Origin: Eubacteriales bacterium | GTDB taxonomy: Bacteria; Bacillota; Clostridia; Oscillospirales; CAG-272 | DNA: 64,000 nt | Assembly (NCBI GenBank): GCA_045127235.1 | Contig: JBGVPY010000022.1 | Location: 264 to 64,263 of the forward strand | Direction of reading: 5' to 3' | In this document: positions 9,448 through 16,637 of the stretch, piece after piece | Layout: each line of letters opens with the position of its first letter | How positions within the stretch are numbered: the first letter of the stretch is position 1 | Made by a program: the position numbers and the translations under genes | Notes under the pieces: model-generated | What the model was told of the DNA's origin: nothing | The model's database searches: none | The model's input: the letters and a program-made list of their open reading frames with translations, nothing else

Positions 9448-10722
9448 ATGGACATTAACTCTATTTTAAACGGTGTAAAATGCGATGCGTGTGGAAAAAT
9501 GCACGATTGTACTATTAAATATGTGTTTATTGAAAAGGATGCTTGCAGACATTTAAGTGATTTATGCAAGGATTATAAAAGGATTTTGATTGTTGCTGAT
9601 GAAAACACGTTTAATGCAAGCGGCAAGCAGGTTGAGATTGCTCTTTGCGGAATAGAATACAATAAGGTTATTTTTAGTGGCAAGAGTGTTGTTATTCCTG
9701 ATGAAAACGCTATTGAACGTGTAAGAGCGGAGCTTGACAACGTTGATTTAATTATTGGCATTGGCTCAGGCGTTATGCAGGATTTATGTAAATATGTTGC
9801 TCATTTTGCTCACATACCTTATATGATAGTTGCTACTGCTCCATCAATGGACGGTTACGCCTCAAGCGGGGCGGCTATGATTCTAAAAGGAATGAAAGAA
9901 ACTGTGCCTGCTTCATTGCCATATGCAATTATAGCAGATACTGAGGTTTTAAAAAATGCGCCTATGGAGATGATTAAAGCAGGATATGGGGATATTATCG
10001 GTAAATATTCTGCGCTTAATGACTGGAAGCTTGCAACGGCTGTAAACGGCGAATATTTTTGTCAGTATATCTATGACGTAACATACGATATGATTTTAAA
10101 GACACTTGAAACTGCAAAAGGTCTTTTAGAAAGAGATGAAAACAGCGTTAAAATTTTAACTGAGGCACTTATGATTGTGGGAATTATGATGAGCTTTGCT
10201 ACAACATCAAGACCTGCTTCAGGTAGTGAGCATCATTTATCACACTTTTTTGAAATTACCGGCATTATTAACGGAGAGGAATATTTTCCACATGGAATTG
10301 ATGTGGTTTACTCTACTGTTATTACTGCTAAGATTAGAGAGATTATTTTAAATAGTGAATTTCCTAAAAAATCGTTCGTAATGGATAGATGTGCTTATGA
10401 AAATAAGATGGCAGAGGTTTATACCGTTATTAAAGATGAATGCATTAAATTACAGGATAGAATTGGCAACTATACAAGAGATAGACTTCCTATTTATTTA
10501 GAAAAAGAAAAGGAAATCCGTGGTATTTTAAGTGAAATGCCAAGTGCTGATAAAATAAAGGAAATGCTTGAGCTTGCCAAAATAGATTACAGTGAGTTTT
10601 TCGGCTTATATGGCAAGGATAAAATCAATACTGCCATTCACTATGCTAAGGATTTAAAGGACAGATATACTGTTTTGTGGTTGTATTACGATTTATTTGG
10701 AGTAGATAATGAGATTAACTAA
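9448..10722 (+). CDS. sn-glycerol-1-phosphate dehydrogenase-like iron-containing alcohol dehydrogenase family protein
   Basis: 424 aa. GIGSGVMQD, GYGD, SGSEHHLSH motifs of the Fe-ADH/AraM-EgsA type. RBS GGGAGA. Confidence 0.7.
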   Translation: MDINSILNGVKCDACGKMHDCTIKYVFIEKDACRHLSDLCKDYKRILIVADENTFNASGKQVEIALCGIEYNKVIFSGKSVVIPDENAIERVRAELDNVDLIIGIGSGVMQDLCKYVAHFAHIPYMIVATAPSMDGYASSGAAMILKGMKETVPASLPYAIIADTEVLKNAPMEMIKAGYGDIIGKYSALNDWKLATAVNGEYFCQYIYDVTYDMILKTLETAKGLLERDENSVKILTEALMIVGIMMSFATTSRPASGSEHHLSHFFEITGIINGEEYFPHGIDVVYSTVITAKIREIILNSEFPKKSFVMDRCAYENKMAEVYTVIKDECIKLQDRIGNYTRDRLPIYLEKEKEIRGILSEMPSADKIKEMLELAKIDYSEFFGLYGKDKINTAIHYAKDLKDRYTVLWLYYDLFGVDNEIN

Positions 10723-11476
10723 TGATGCTTATATGACTGTGGCGGGACACCGTGGAGATAGCTACAATTATTATGAAAATACATTGACCGCTTTTAAGAT
10801 GGCTATTGAAAATGGCGCTGACATGATTGAAACGGACGTGCGCTTATCAAGCGATGGATATCTTATTATAATGCATGACGATAAGGTTGACAGAACTACT
10901 AATGGACGCGGCTACGTTAAGGATATGACCTTTGATGAATTAAGAAAACTTAACTGCGGAGACAGTCAATACTTTGAGGTAATGCCTACATTAAAGGAGC
11001 TTTTTGACATTGTTAAGGATACGGATATTACTCTAAACATTGAGATAAAGGAATATTACAACGAGGGTAATTTTGAAAGATGTGAAAAATGCATTGATGA
11101 CGTGCTTGAGTTGGTTGAGGCGTACAACCTTGGAGAAAGAATTTTAATAAATAGCTTTGATGCATACGTGCTGGAATACGTATATAAAAAGTACGGAAAG
11201 AAATATTTATTGCACGGATTTTATCCTTACTCTATTATGGGTAACGTGAATATTTGTCCTGATGAATATTTATATTGCGCTTGTATTTTTGATAATGAAA
11301 ACAAGACGCTTTATGATGACTTGATTAAAAGAGGTATTGAGCCTTGGGTGGGAGCTAGTGTTACGCAGAAAAGCAAGCTTGAGACTTGCGTTAAGTATGG
11401 CGCGAAGCTTATTACAACTAACAATCCCAAGGATATTAAAATGAAGCTAGAGGAAATTTACAATGGAAATAAATAA
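10709..11476 (+). CDS. Glycerophosphodiester phosphodiesterase
   Basis: AGHRGDS...ENT...IETDVRLSSDG GDPD signature. Overlaps the upstream gene by 14 nt. Confidence 0.85.
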   Translation: MRLTNDAYMTVAGHRGDSYNYYENTLTAFKMAIENGADMIETDVRLSSDGYLIIMHDDKVDRTTNGRGYVKDMTFDELRKLNCGDSQYFEVMPTLKELFDIVKDTDITLNIEIKEYYNEGNFERCEKCIDDVLELVEAYNLGERILINSFDAYVLEYVYKKYGKKYLLHGFYPYSIMGNVNICPDEYLYCACIFDNENKTLYDDLIKRGIEPWVGASVTQKSKLETCVKYGAKLITTNNPKDIKMKLEEIYNGNK

Positions 11477-12188
11477 AATTAAGCTTATTGCTATGGACCT
11501 TGATGGAACACTAACACAGCATAAGGAAAAGCTATCATCTAAGCATAGAGAAATTTTAAACAAGCTTGCGCAAAGATATAAGCTTATTATGGTGGGTGCA
11601 GGTCAGGTTATGAGAATTTTTAATCAAATGGAAAGGTTTCCTATTGATATTATCGGAAACTATGGATTGCAGTATGCTACATATAATGCTGAAACATGCT
11701 CAATGGACATAAAGAGAGATTTGACATTTGACGTGGATAAAAACAGCATTGAAGAAAAGGTTAATTTTTTCAGAGAAAAGTATGGATATACGAAGTATCG
11801 CGGAGAGAATGTGGAATACCATGCTTCAGGCTGTGTTACTTTTCCTATTTTAGGCACAAAGGCTATACAAGAGGACAAATTAGCATTTGACCCTGACAGA
11901 AGTAAGCGCAGATTATTTTATGATGAGGTATGCTCTGTTTTTAGTGATTATAATGTATTTGTTGGTGGGTCTTCATCATTTGATATGTCGCCAAAGCCAT
12001 ACAATAAATATTATGCCCTTGATTTATATTGCAAGGAAAACGGTTTAAGTCATGAAAATGTTGTTTATATTGGCGATGATTACGGATATGGTGGTAATGA
12101 TGAATCTGTTTATAAGTCGGATTTTAATTATTTGACTATTGATGATTACAGAGATTTTTACAAGGTTGTTGAAGCTTTACTACAATAA
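11463..12188 (+). CDS. HAD-IIB (Cof/PMM-like) phosphatase
   Basis: AMDLDGTL motif I and GDDYGYGGND motif. Overlaps the upstream gene by 14 nt. Confidence 0.65.
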   Translation: MEINKIKLIAMDLDGTLTQHKEKLSSKHREILNKLAQRYKLIMVGAGQVMRIFNQMERFPIDIIGNYGLQYATYNAETCSMDIKRDLTFDVDKNSIEEKVNFFREKYGYTKYRGENVEYHASGCVTFPILGTKAIQEDKLAFDPDRSKRRLFYDEVCSVFSDYNVFVGGSSSFDMSPKPYNKYYALDLYCKENGLSHENVVYIGDDYGYGGNDESVYKSDFNYLTIDDYRDFYKVVEALLQ

Positions 12189-12226
12189 AAAAAATGCTTG
12201 TTGCACTTGGCAACAAGCATTTTTTA
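12187..12226. terminator. Bidirectional intrinsic terminator
   Basis: atgcttgttgc-acttg-gcaacaagcat flanked by A-run and T-run. Confidence 0.7.
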
Positions 12227-13582
12227 TTTATAGATTATGTTTTGAATTTTGCCGCTAGCTGTGGAAGGAATGTCTGTATAGAGGTTGTTAAACTCTATTT
12301 GTTTTACAAATGGTGTTATATCTGCTGGTTTTTCTCCGTTTACGGTTATGCTTTCAAGATGAATGTTTTCAACCGTTGATGAAAAATAGGGGTCAAAGAC
12401 TTCTATGCCATCATCGAAGCGGACGGATTTAGGTCCTATGCAGATAAGGTAGGAATGTGGGTATTTTTCACGGTGGAGTGTGAGGTTTATGTTTTTGAAG
12501 CTGATGTTTTTGGCATTCAAGCCAAGCTCAAATGCAGCAAAGGTGCCTGTTTTTTCATCGTTGGTTATATAGCCACCGATTAGGTCAATGGGAGCATCAA
12601 GATTTACGATAATATCTTCAAAAAAGATGTTATTGCCGCTGCCAACATCTGCTTTTTCGGGGTTATTTCCAGGGAAATACGGTGGAGTTTGGCAATATAG
12701 CTTAAAGGTTTTTATGTTGTGAATACGGCGAAAAATTGCATTTGTTAGGGAGCAATCAACTTGGTTACCGTCATCGAAGGTATAAATGCCCGGCTCTATG
12801 CGAATTGCTTTATAGTGGCTATTTAAGGATAGCGTTAAATCCTCGCAAATAGCGTTTTTACAAGGTCCGAAATTTACCGATGAATCTTGCCAGTCAAACA
12901 TATTAAATGCAACTAAATCATCCCCTACTTCTCCGCGGACATTTTTTATGTGGATGTTTTCGGTATTGCCGTTTACATGTATGCCGTCGGCAAAGCAATT
13001 TTCAAATACGATATTTTCAATTATAATATTTTTTGCTTCGCCTATTTGGATTGCAAAGCCACCACAATTTTTGAAGGTCATATTTTTTAGAGTTAAGTTG
13101 TCGATATTTTCAAAAAGCATGTAGGTAGATACGCCGTAAAAGCTTCTTTGCTCATCGTATTTTCCGCTATTACCGTAGCCCATTCTGTGAGGACACCAAT
13201 CCTCCCATCTGCCACCCTCTATTGAGATGTTTTGGTTGCGTGGTGAGGTGATTGGCATATGAGTGCCGTCGGCGGTGTTTGAGTTACGGAGCATTAAAAC
13301 CTTTGTTGTATCTGTTAAGCGAATAACAGCACCTGCTTCGGCTATAATTCTGCGGTTTGATGGAATTATGACTGAGTTATCAATATAGTATGGCTCATTG
13401 GCGCTTGGAATAATGACAATTTGATGTTCGTTAAGAGCAGCTTGAAATGCTTCTGTCCAAATTCCGTTGTTTGACTTGTAGTCTGTTAGGTAGGCTACAT
13501 CAGTTAATTTAGAATATAGGCTTATATTTTTTGCGGCTACATTTTTAAGTAGCGCTTCTATTGATAATTTAATGCTTTCCAT
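12224..13582 (-). CDS. Right-handed parallel beta-helix protein (pectate-lyase-fold / GH28-related), no signal peptide
   Basis: 452 aa with periodic short repeats containing N/G/I-V typical of the pectin-lyase fold. RBS GAGGA. Confidence 0.55.
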   Translation of the reverse strand: MESIKLSIEALLKNVAAKNISLYSKLTDVAYLTDYKSNNGIWTEAFQAALNEHQIVIIPSANEPYYIDNSVIIPSNRRIIAEAGAVIRLTDTTKVLMLRNSNTADGTHMPITSPRNQNISIEGGRWEDWCPHRMGYGNSGKYDEQRSFYGVSTYMLFENIDNLTLKNMTFKNCGGFAIQIGEAKNIIIENIVFENCFADGIHVNGNTENIHIKNVRGEVGDDLVAFNMFDWQDSSVNFGPCKNAICEDLTLSLNSHYKAIRIEPGIYTFDDGNQVDCSLTNAIFRRIHNIKTFKLYCQTPPYFPGNNPEKADVGSGNNIFFEDIIVNLDAPIDLIGGYITNDEKTGTFAAFELGLNAKNISFKNINLTLHREKYPHSYLICIGPKSVRFDDGIEVFDPYFSSTVENIHLESITVNGEKPADITPFVKQIEFNNLYTDIPSTASGKIQNIIYK

Positions 13583-13695
13583 AATAAATCCTCATATTTT
13601 ATTTACTTAAGTATAGCATAAATACGCGTAAATTTGTTGATTTTGATGGATATTTTTGCTTGTAAAAAATATTTTTAAAAAAATTAAATTTACTA

Positions 13696-13724
13696 TTGAC
13701 AAATAGATATTTGTCTGCTATAAT
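13696..13724 (+). promoter_or_regulatory. Promoter TTGACA-17-TATAAT for tRNA-Pro
   Basis: Exact consensus hexamers with a 17-nt spacer, about 28 nt upstream of the tRNA. Confidence 0.7.
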
Positions 13725-13751
13725 ATGTAGGCAATCAAGAAAAGCACCTAT

Positions 13752-13824
13752 CGAGATGTAGCGCAGTTGGTAGCGCGCATGGTTTGGGACCATGATGCCG
13801 TAGGTTCGAATCCTATCATCTCGA
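13752..13824 (+). tRNA. tRNA-Pro (anticodon UGG)
   Basis: Cloverleaf: acceptor CGAGATG/CATCTCG with C1-G72, U8, D arm GCGC-AGTTGGTA-GCGC, anticodon arm CATGG-TTTGGGA-CCATG, T arm GTAGG-TTCGAAT-CCTAT, A73. CCA is not encoded. Confidence 0.9.
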
Positions 13825-13830
13825 TAAATA

Positions 13831-13863
13831 AAAGCACTATACCATTCGGTATGGTGCTTTTTA
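13831..13863 (+). terminator. Intrinsic terminator after tRNA-Pro
   Basis: agcactatacc-attc-ggtatggtgct followed by TTTTT. Confidence 0.75.
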
Positions 13864-13879
13864 TTTCTCTAAACGATAC

Positions 13880-14007
13880 GGATTTGAACCTACCTCAAGC
13901 TTTGCTTGAATTAGGTTCGGCTAGCAACCAAGCCGAGAGGTGCTTGCACATTAAAGGCGCGGGCAGCGTTACGAGCGTAGCGATGTCATCCTATCATCTC
14001 GATAAAT
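13880..14007 (+). repeat. tRNA-Pro-linked module copy 1: GC-rich ~120-nt element ending in a 20-nt copy of the tRNA 3' end and flank
   Basis: 13988-14007 is identical to 13810-13829 (ATCCTATCATCTCGATAAAT). Internal hairpins at 13886-13918 and 13917-13936. Confidence 0.6.
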
Positions 14008-14008
14008 T

Positions 14009-14045
14009 AAAATACCGTACCTTTTGGTACGGTATTTTTATTTTA
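14009..14045 (+). terminator. Intrinsic terminator after module copy 1
   Basis: aataccgtacc-tttt-ggtacggtatt followed by a T-run. Confidence 0.7.
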
Positions 14046-14054
14046 CGATGATGT

Positions 14055-14171
14055 GGATTTGAACCTACCTCAAGCCTTGTTTGAATTAGGTTCGGCTAGC
14101 AACCAAGCCGAGAGGTGCTTGCACATCAGAGGCGCGGGCAGCGTTACGAGCGAAGCGAAGTCATCCTATCA
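14055..14171 (+). repeat. tRNA-Pro-linked module copy 2
   Basis: Near-identical to 13880-13998 (8 substitutions over about 117 nt, counted by eye). Ends in the partial repeat TCATCCTATCA. Confidence 0.6.
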
Positions 14172-14192
14172 CTTAACCACACAAAAGTACCC

Positions 14193-14221
14193 TTGACTTT
14201 TTGTATAAAATCTGATACACT
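14193..14221 (+). promoter_or_regulatory. Promoter-like TTGACT-17-TACACT (copy 1)
   Basis: Conserved with 14821-14849. The predicted +1 coincides with the first base of the hairpin RNA. Confidence 0.45.
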
Positions 14222-14227
14222 ATAAGA

Positions 14228-14295
14228 GTAGGTTTTTCCTGATATGAGGGCAACGCTATTTTTAGCGCCCCGATTTGTTGGAGAGCCTATTTTTT
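14228..14295 (+). ncRNA. Candidate small hairpin RNA, copy 1 (unclassified)
   Basis: GTAGGTTTTTCC pairs with GGAGAGCCTA. An inner GGG/CCC + CGCT/AGCG helix sits above an 8x8 internal loop, and the RNA ends in TTTTTT. Confidence 0.4.
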
Positions 14296-14495
14296 GTATT
14301 TATTGCATGAAGTTTACCAAATACATTCTTTTCCGTTAATTTACGATAATAAAAGCTGGACGCTTAATATACCGATGGTGCTGTTGTTAGTTTTAATTGT
14401 GCTTTTCTTAGGAACAGAAAAGCGGGATAGTTTAGCCCAAGCTGTTAGTTTGATTTCTAAAAGAAGCGCCTCGAGCCGGCGCAGATTAATTTTTT

Positions 14496-14595
14496 GACAA
14501 TGCGATGGAAAACTCTTAGTAAAATTTATGCTTGTTTAAATTGAAAATTTAATTTGATAAATTTAATTTACTGTGGAGTTTCCCACAACATTGTC
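14496..14595. repeat. Imperfect 20-nt inverted repeat flanking a 60-nt AT-rich core; arms homologous to 24761-24816
   Basis: gacaatgcgatggaaaactc versus gagtttcccacaacattgtc, 16 of 20 positions complementary. Confidence 0.4.
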
Positions 14596-14677
14596 ATCGC
14601 TTTATGCTAAAAATAAATCGGGCTTTTACTTTTTGGCGCTGCGCTAAAAGTAAACAAAACTATTATTTTGATTCAGC

Positions 14678-14750
14678 TTTCATAAATTGGTGCTTATATG
14701 GCGTACAAGTCGGCGGTTATGGAGTAATCAACAGTCGGCGAGGATAGTCA
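14678..14750 (+). repeat. Conserved 73-nt block, copy 1 (contains AGTCGGCG twice)
   Basis: tttcataaattggtgcttatatggcgtacaagtcggcggttatgg... is almost identical to 15119-15190. Confidence 0.5.
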
Positions 14751-14820
14751 TTTATGAATGCTGCTACTGTTTTTATGTATGATTCAGAATTTTGCTCTAT
14801 AATTAGCACTATGAATGTAC

Positions 14821-14849
14821 TTGACTTTTTATATAAAATTTGCTACACT
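14821..14849 (+). promoter_or_regulatory. Promoter-like TTGACT-17-TACACT (copy 2)
   Basis: Same hexamers and spacing as copy 1. Confidence 0.45.
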
Positions 14850-14855
14850 ATAATC

Positions 14856-14922
14856 GTAGGTTTTCCTGATATGAGGGCAACGCTATTTTGAGCGCCCCGA
14901 TTTGTTGGAGAGCCTATTTTTT
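14856..14922 (+). ncRNA. Candidate small hairpin RNA, copy 2 (unclassified)
   Basis: Differs from copy 1 only by one T fewer in the 5' arm and one T-to-G change in the apical loop. Ends in TTTTTT. Confidence 0.4.
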
Positions 14923-14978
14923 AGTTTATTGCGTAAAGTTTTTAAACTTTTTAAAGCGTCTCTTTTTCAGAATTTGTA

Positions 14979-15007
14979 TTGAATTTTTCCCTGTTTTCAT
15001 GTATACT
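14979..15007 (+). promoter_or_regulatory. Promoter-like TTGAAT-17-TATACT
   Basis: Good hexamers with a 17-nt spacer. Points toward the 15119-15190 block and the 15319 gene. Confidence 0.4.
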
Positions 15008-15118
15008 AATCATAAGAACATCACCAAGGAAGGTGTACGATGGATTATTTCCATAGCGAGACACCATGTCCTTTGTGATGTTTTCTTTTTTTATACCGAT
15101 TTAGTTTGATTTAGTTTC

Positions 15119-15190
15119 TTTCATAAATTGGTGCTTATATGGCGTACAAGTCGGCGGTTATGGAATAATTAAACAGTCGGCGAAAATAGT
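15119..15190 (+). repeat. Conserved 73-nt block, copy 2
   Basis: See 14678-14750. Lies about 130 nt upstream of the 15319 start codon. Confidence 0.5.
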
Positions 15191-15318
15191 CTTTATAAAT
15201 ATAATGCTGATTTTATTATACTGCTTTTATAGCTTTTAAATTTGCTTATAATGATTGAAAAAATCGTGATGTTATGCTAAAATAGATTTATTACAATTTT
15301 ACATATCTAGGAGCTTTT

Positions 15319-16563
15319 ATGATTATAGATAGCAAAAAATATAATATTGATTGCCCATGCGGTAAAAAGCATGAAATGACAACGGAAGCGTGCTTCATTG
15401 AGGCGGGTGCTTTAAAGAATATAGACACTTATATTAAAAATTGTGGTTTGAGTGGTTATTGTGTGGCTATATATGATGAAAACACATATCGCGCAACTGA
15501 TGGAGTGCATCCTTATGCAGATAAGGAAATTATACTCTGCCCAGATGGGTTACATGCAGATAATCACGGTGTGGCTCTTGCTATGGCGCAGCTGCCTTTA
15601 AATTTTGATTATTTAATTGCGGTGGGGTCTGGTACTGTACATGATATTACGAGATACATTGCTTACAATAAAAATGTACCATTCATTTCATGTCCGACTG
15701 CTGCAAGTGTTGATGGCTTTTGTTCTTCCGTTGCAGCTATGACTTGGGATGGTTTTAAAAAGACCTTTACTGCTGTTGCACCTAAAATTGTTGTTGCGGA
15801 CCTTGATATAATATCAAAAGCACCTTCTTTTCTTACTAATTCTGGTTTTGGCGATATGATAGGAAAATTTATTGCTTTAGCAGATTGGAAAATCGCTCAT
15901 GCTTTGACAGGAGAATATTTTTGTTCTACCATACACGATATGACATTAAACGCTACGAAAGCTGTTATAGAAAGCACGGAAGCAATTAAAAATGGAGACA
16001 TCTCTGCATTTGAAAAGCTTATTTACGGACTTTTAATGTCGGGGCTTGCAATGCAGTTGCTTGGTAATTCAAGGTGCGCTTCAGGTGCTGAGCATCATAT
16101 TTCGCATCTAATTGAGATGCAGCCAGAGGGCTTAGATGCTTATAGCGATGCTTTACACGGAGAAAAGGTTGGCGTTGGCACTTTACTTGCATGCAAGGAA
16201 TACCACAGAATAAAATGCTGCGATATTTCATCATGGAAGGACTACAAAAAGGCTGATGATGAATACATTTATAAAATGTTTGGAGACAGATTAAGTCTTT
16301 CTATAATTCATGAAAATGCAAGCGATTGCGCTTCTAATATAAAAGCAAGTGATATTTTAAATAAGTGGGATGAAATATGCAAAATTATTGAATCTATTCC
16401 TACATATGAGGAGCTTTTAGAAAAGTACAGGGTGCTTGGTGCATATTCCTCTCTTAATGATATTGGAATTTCGGAAAACAAGCTTGATATTTTGCTTGAA
16501 TATTCTCCGTTAGTACGAAACAGAGTTACTCTTATGCGACTTCGCAGAGGAATGAATTATTAG
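15319..16563 (+). CDS. sn-glycerol-1-phosphate dehydrogenase-like iron-containing alcohol dehydrogenase family protein (paralog of 9448-10722)
   Basis: 414 aa. AVGSGTVHD, GFGD, SGAEHHISH motifs and the same N-terminal Cys motif region. RBS AGGAG. Confidence 0.7.
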   Translation: MIIDSKKYNIDCPCGKKHEMTTEACFIEAGALKNIDTYIKNCGLSGYCVAIYDENTYRATDGVHPYADKEIILCPDGLHADNHGVALAMAQLPLNFDYLIAVGSGTVHDITRYIAYNKNVPFISCPTAASVDGFCSSVAAMTWDGFKKTFTAVAPKIVVADLDIISKAPSFLTNSGFGDMIGKFIALADWKIAHALTGEYFCSTIHDMTLNATKAVIESTEAIKNGDISAFEKLIYGLLMSGLAMQLLGNSRCASGAEHHISHLIEMQPEGLDAYSDALHGEKVGVGTLLACKEYHRIKCCDISSWKDYKKADDEYIYKMFGDRLSLSIIHENASDCASNIKASDILNKWDEICKIIESIPTYEELLEKYRVLGAYSSLNDIGISENKLDILLEYSPLVRNRVTLMRLRRGMNY

Positions 16564-16637
16564 AGCTTAACATTGTCATTTTTGTATTTTTGTCATAATA
16601 TATAGATGAGAGGTTTTCCTCTCGGAAAGGAATTATT

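Noticed and set aside
13880-14003. Reading the tRNA-Pro-linked module as a minus-strand class II tRNA pseudogene (variable-arm-like caagc-aaa-gcttg followed by GTAGG-TTCAAAT-CC)
   Set aside because: The T stem cannot close in either copy. No 7-nt anticodon loop with a 5-bp stem or acceptor stem could be drawn. The copy-to-copy G-U change supports + strand structure instead.
13767-14051. 94-aa + strand ORF in the track
   Set aside because: It starts inside tRNA-Pro and runs through two terminators and the repeat module. It has no RBS, and the open frame is explained by the RNA-like GC-rich sequence.
14240-14250. Hammerhead-like CUGAUAUGAG in the candidate sRNA
   Set aside because: The core CUGAUGA is interrupted, and there is no GAAA or cleavage-site helix arrangement.
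14686-14760. Purine-riboswitch-like string CTTATATGGCGTACAAGT (resembles the GAUAUGGCACGCAAGU P2/L2 region)
   Set aside because: No P3 helix can be formed, because GGCGG has no CCGCC partner. The J2/3 and J3/1 conserved nucleotides are absent. The apparent P1 (ttcataaat/atttatgaa) is not preserved in copy 2.
15040-15078. 12-codon ORF (MDYFHSETPCPL) behind a good promoter and a GGAAGGTG RBS
   Set aside because: It is too short and unremarkable in composition to call as a leader or RiPP peptide, and unit 1 has no counterpart. It is noted only as context for the promoter at 14979-15007.
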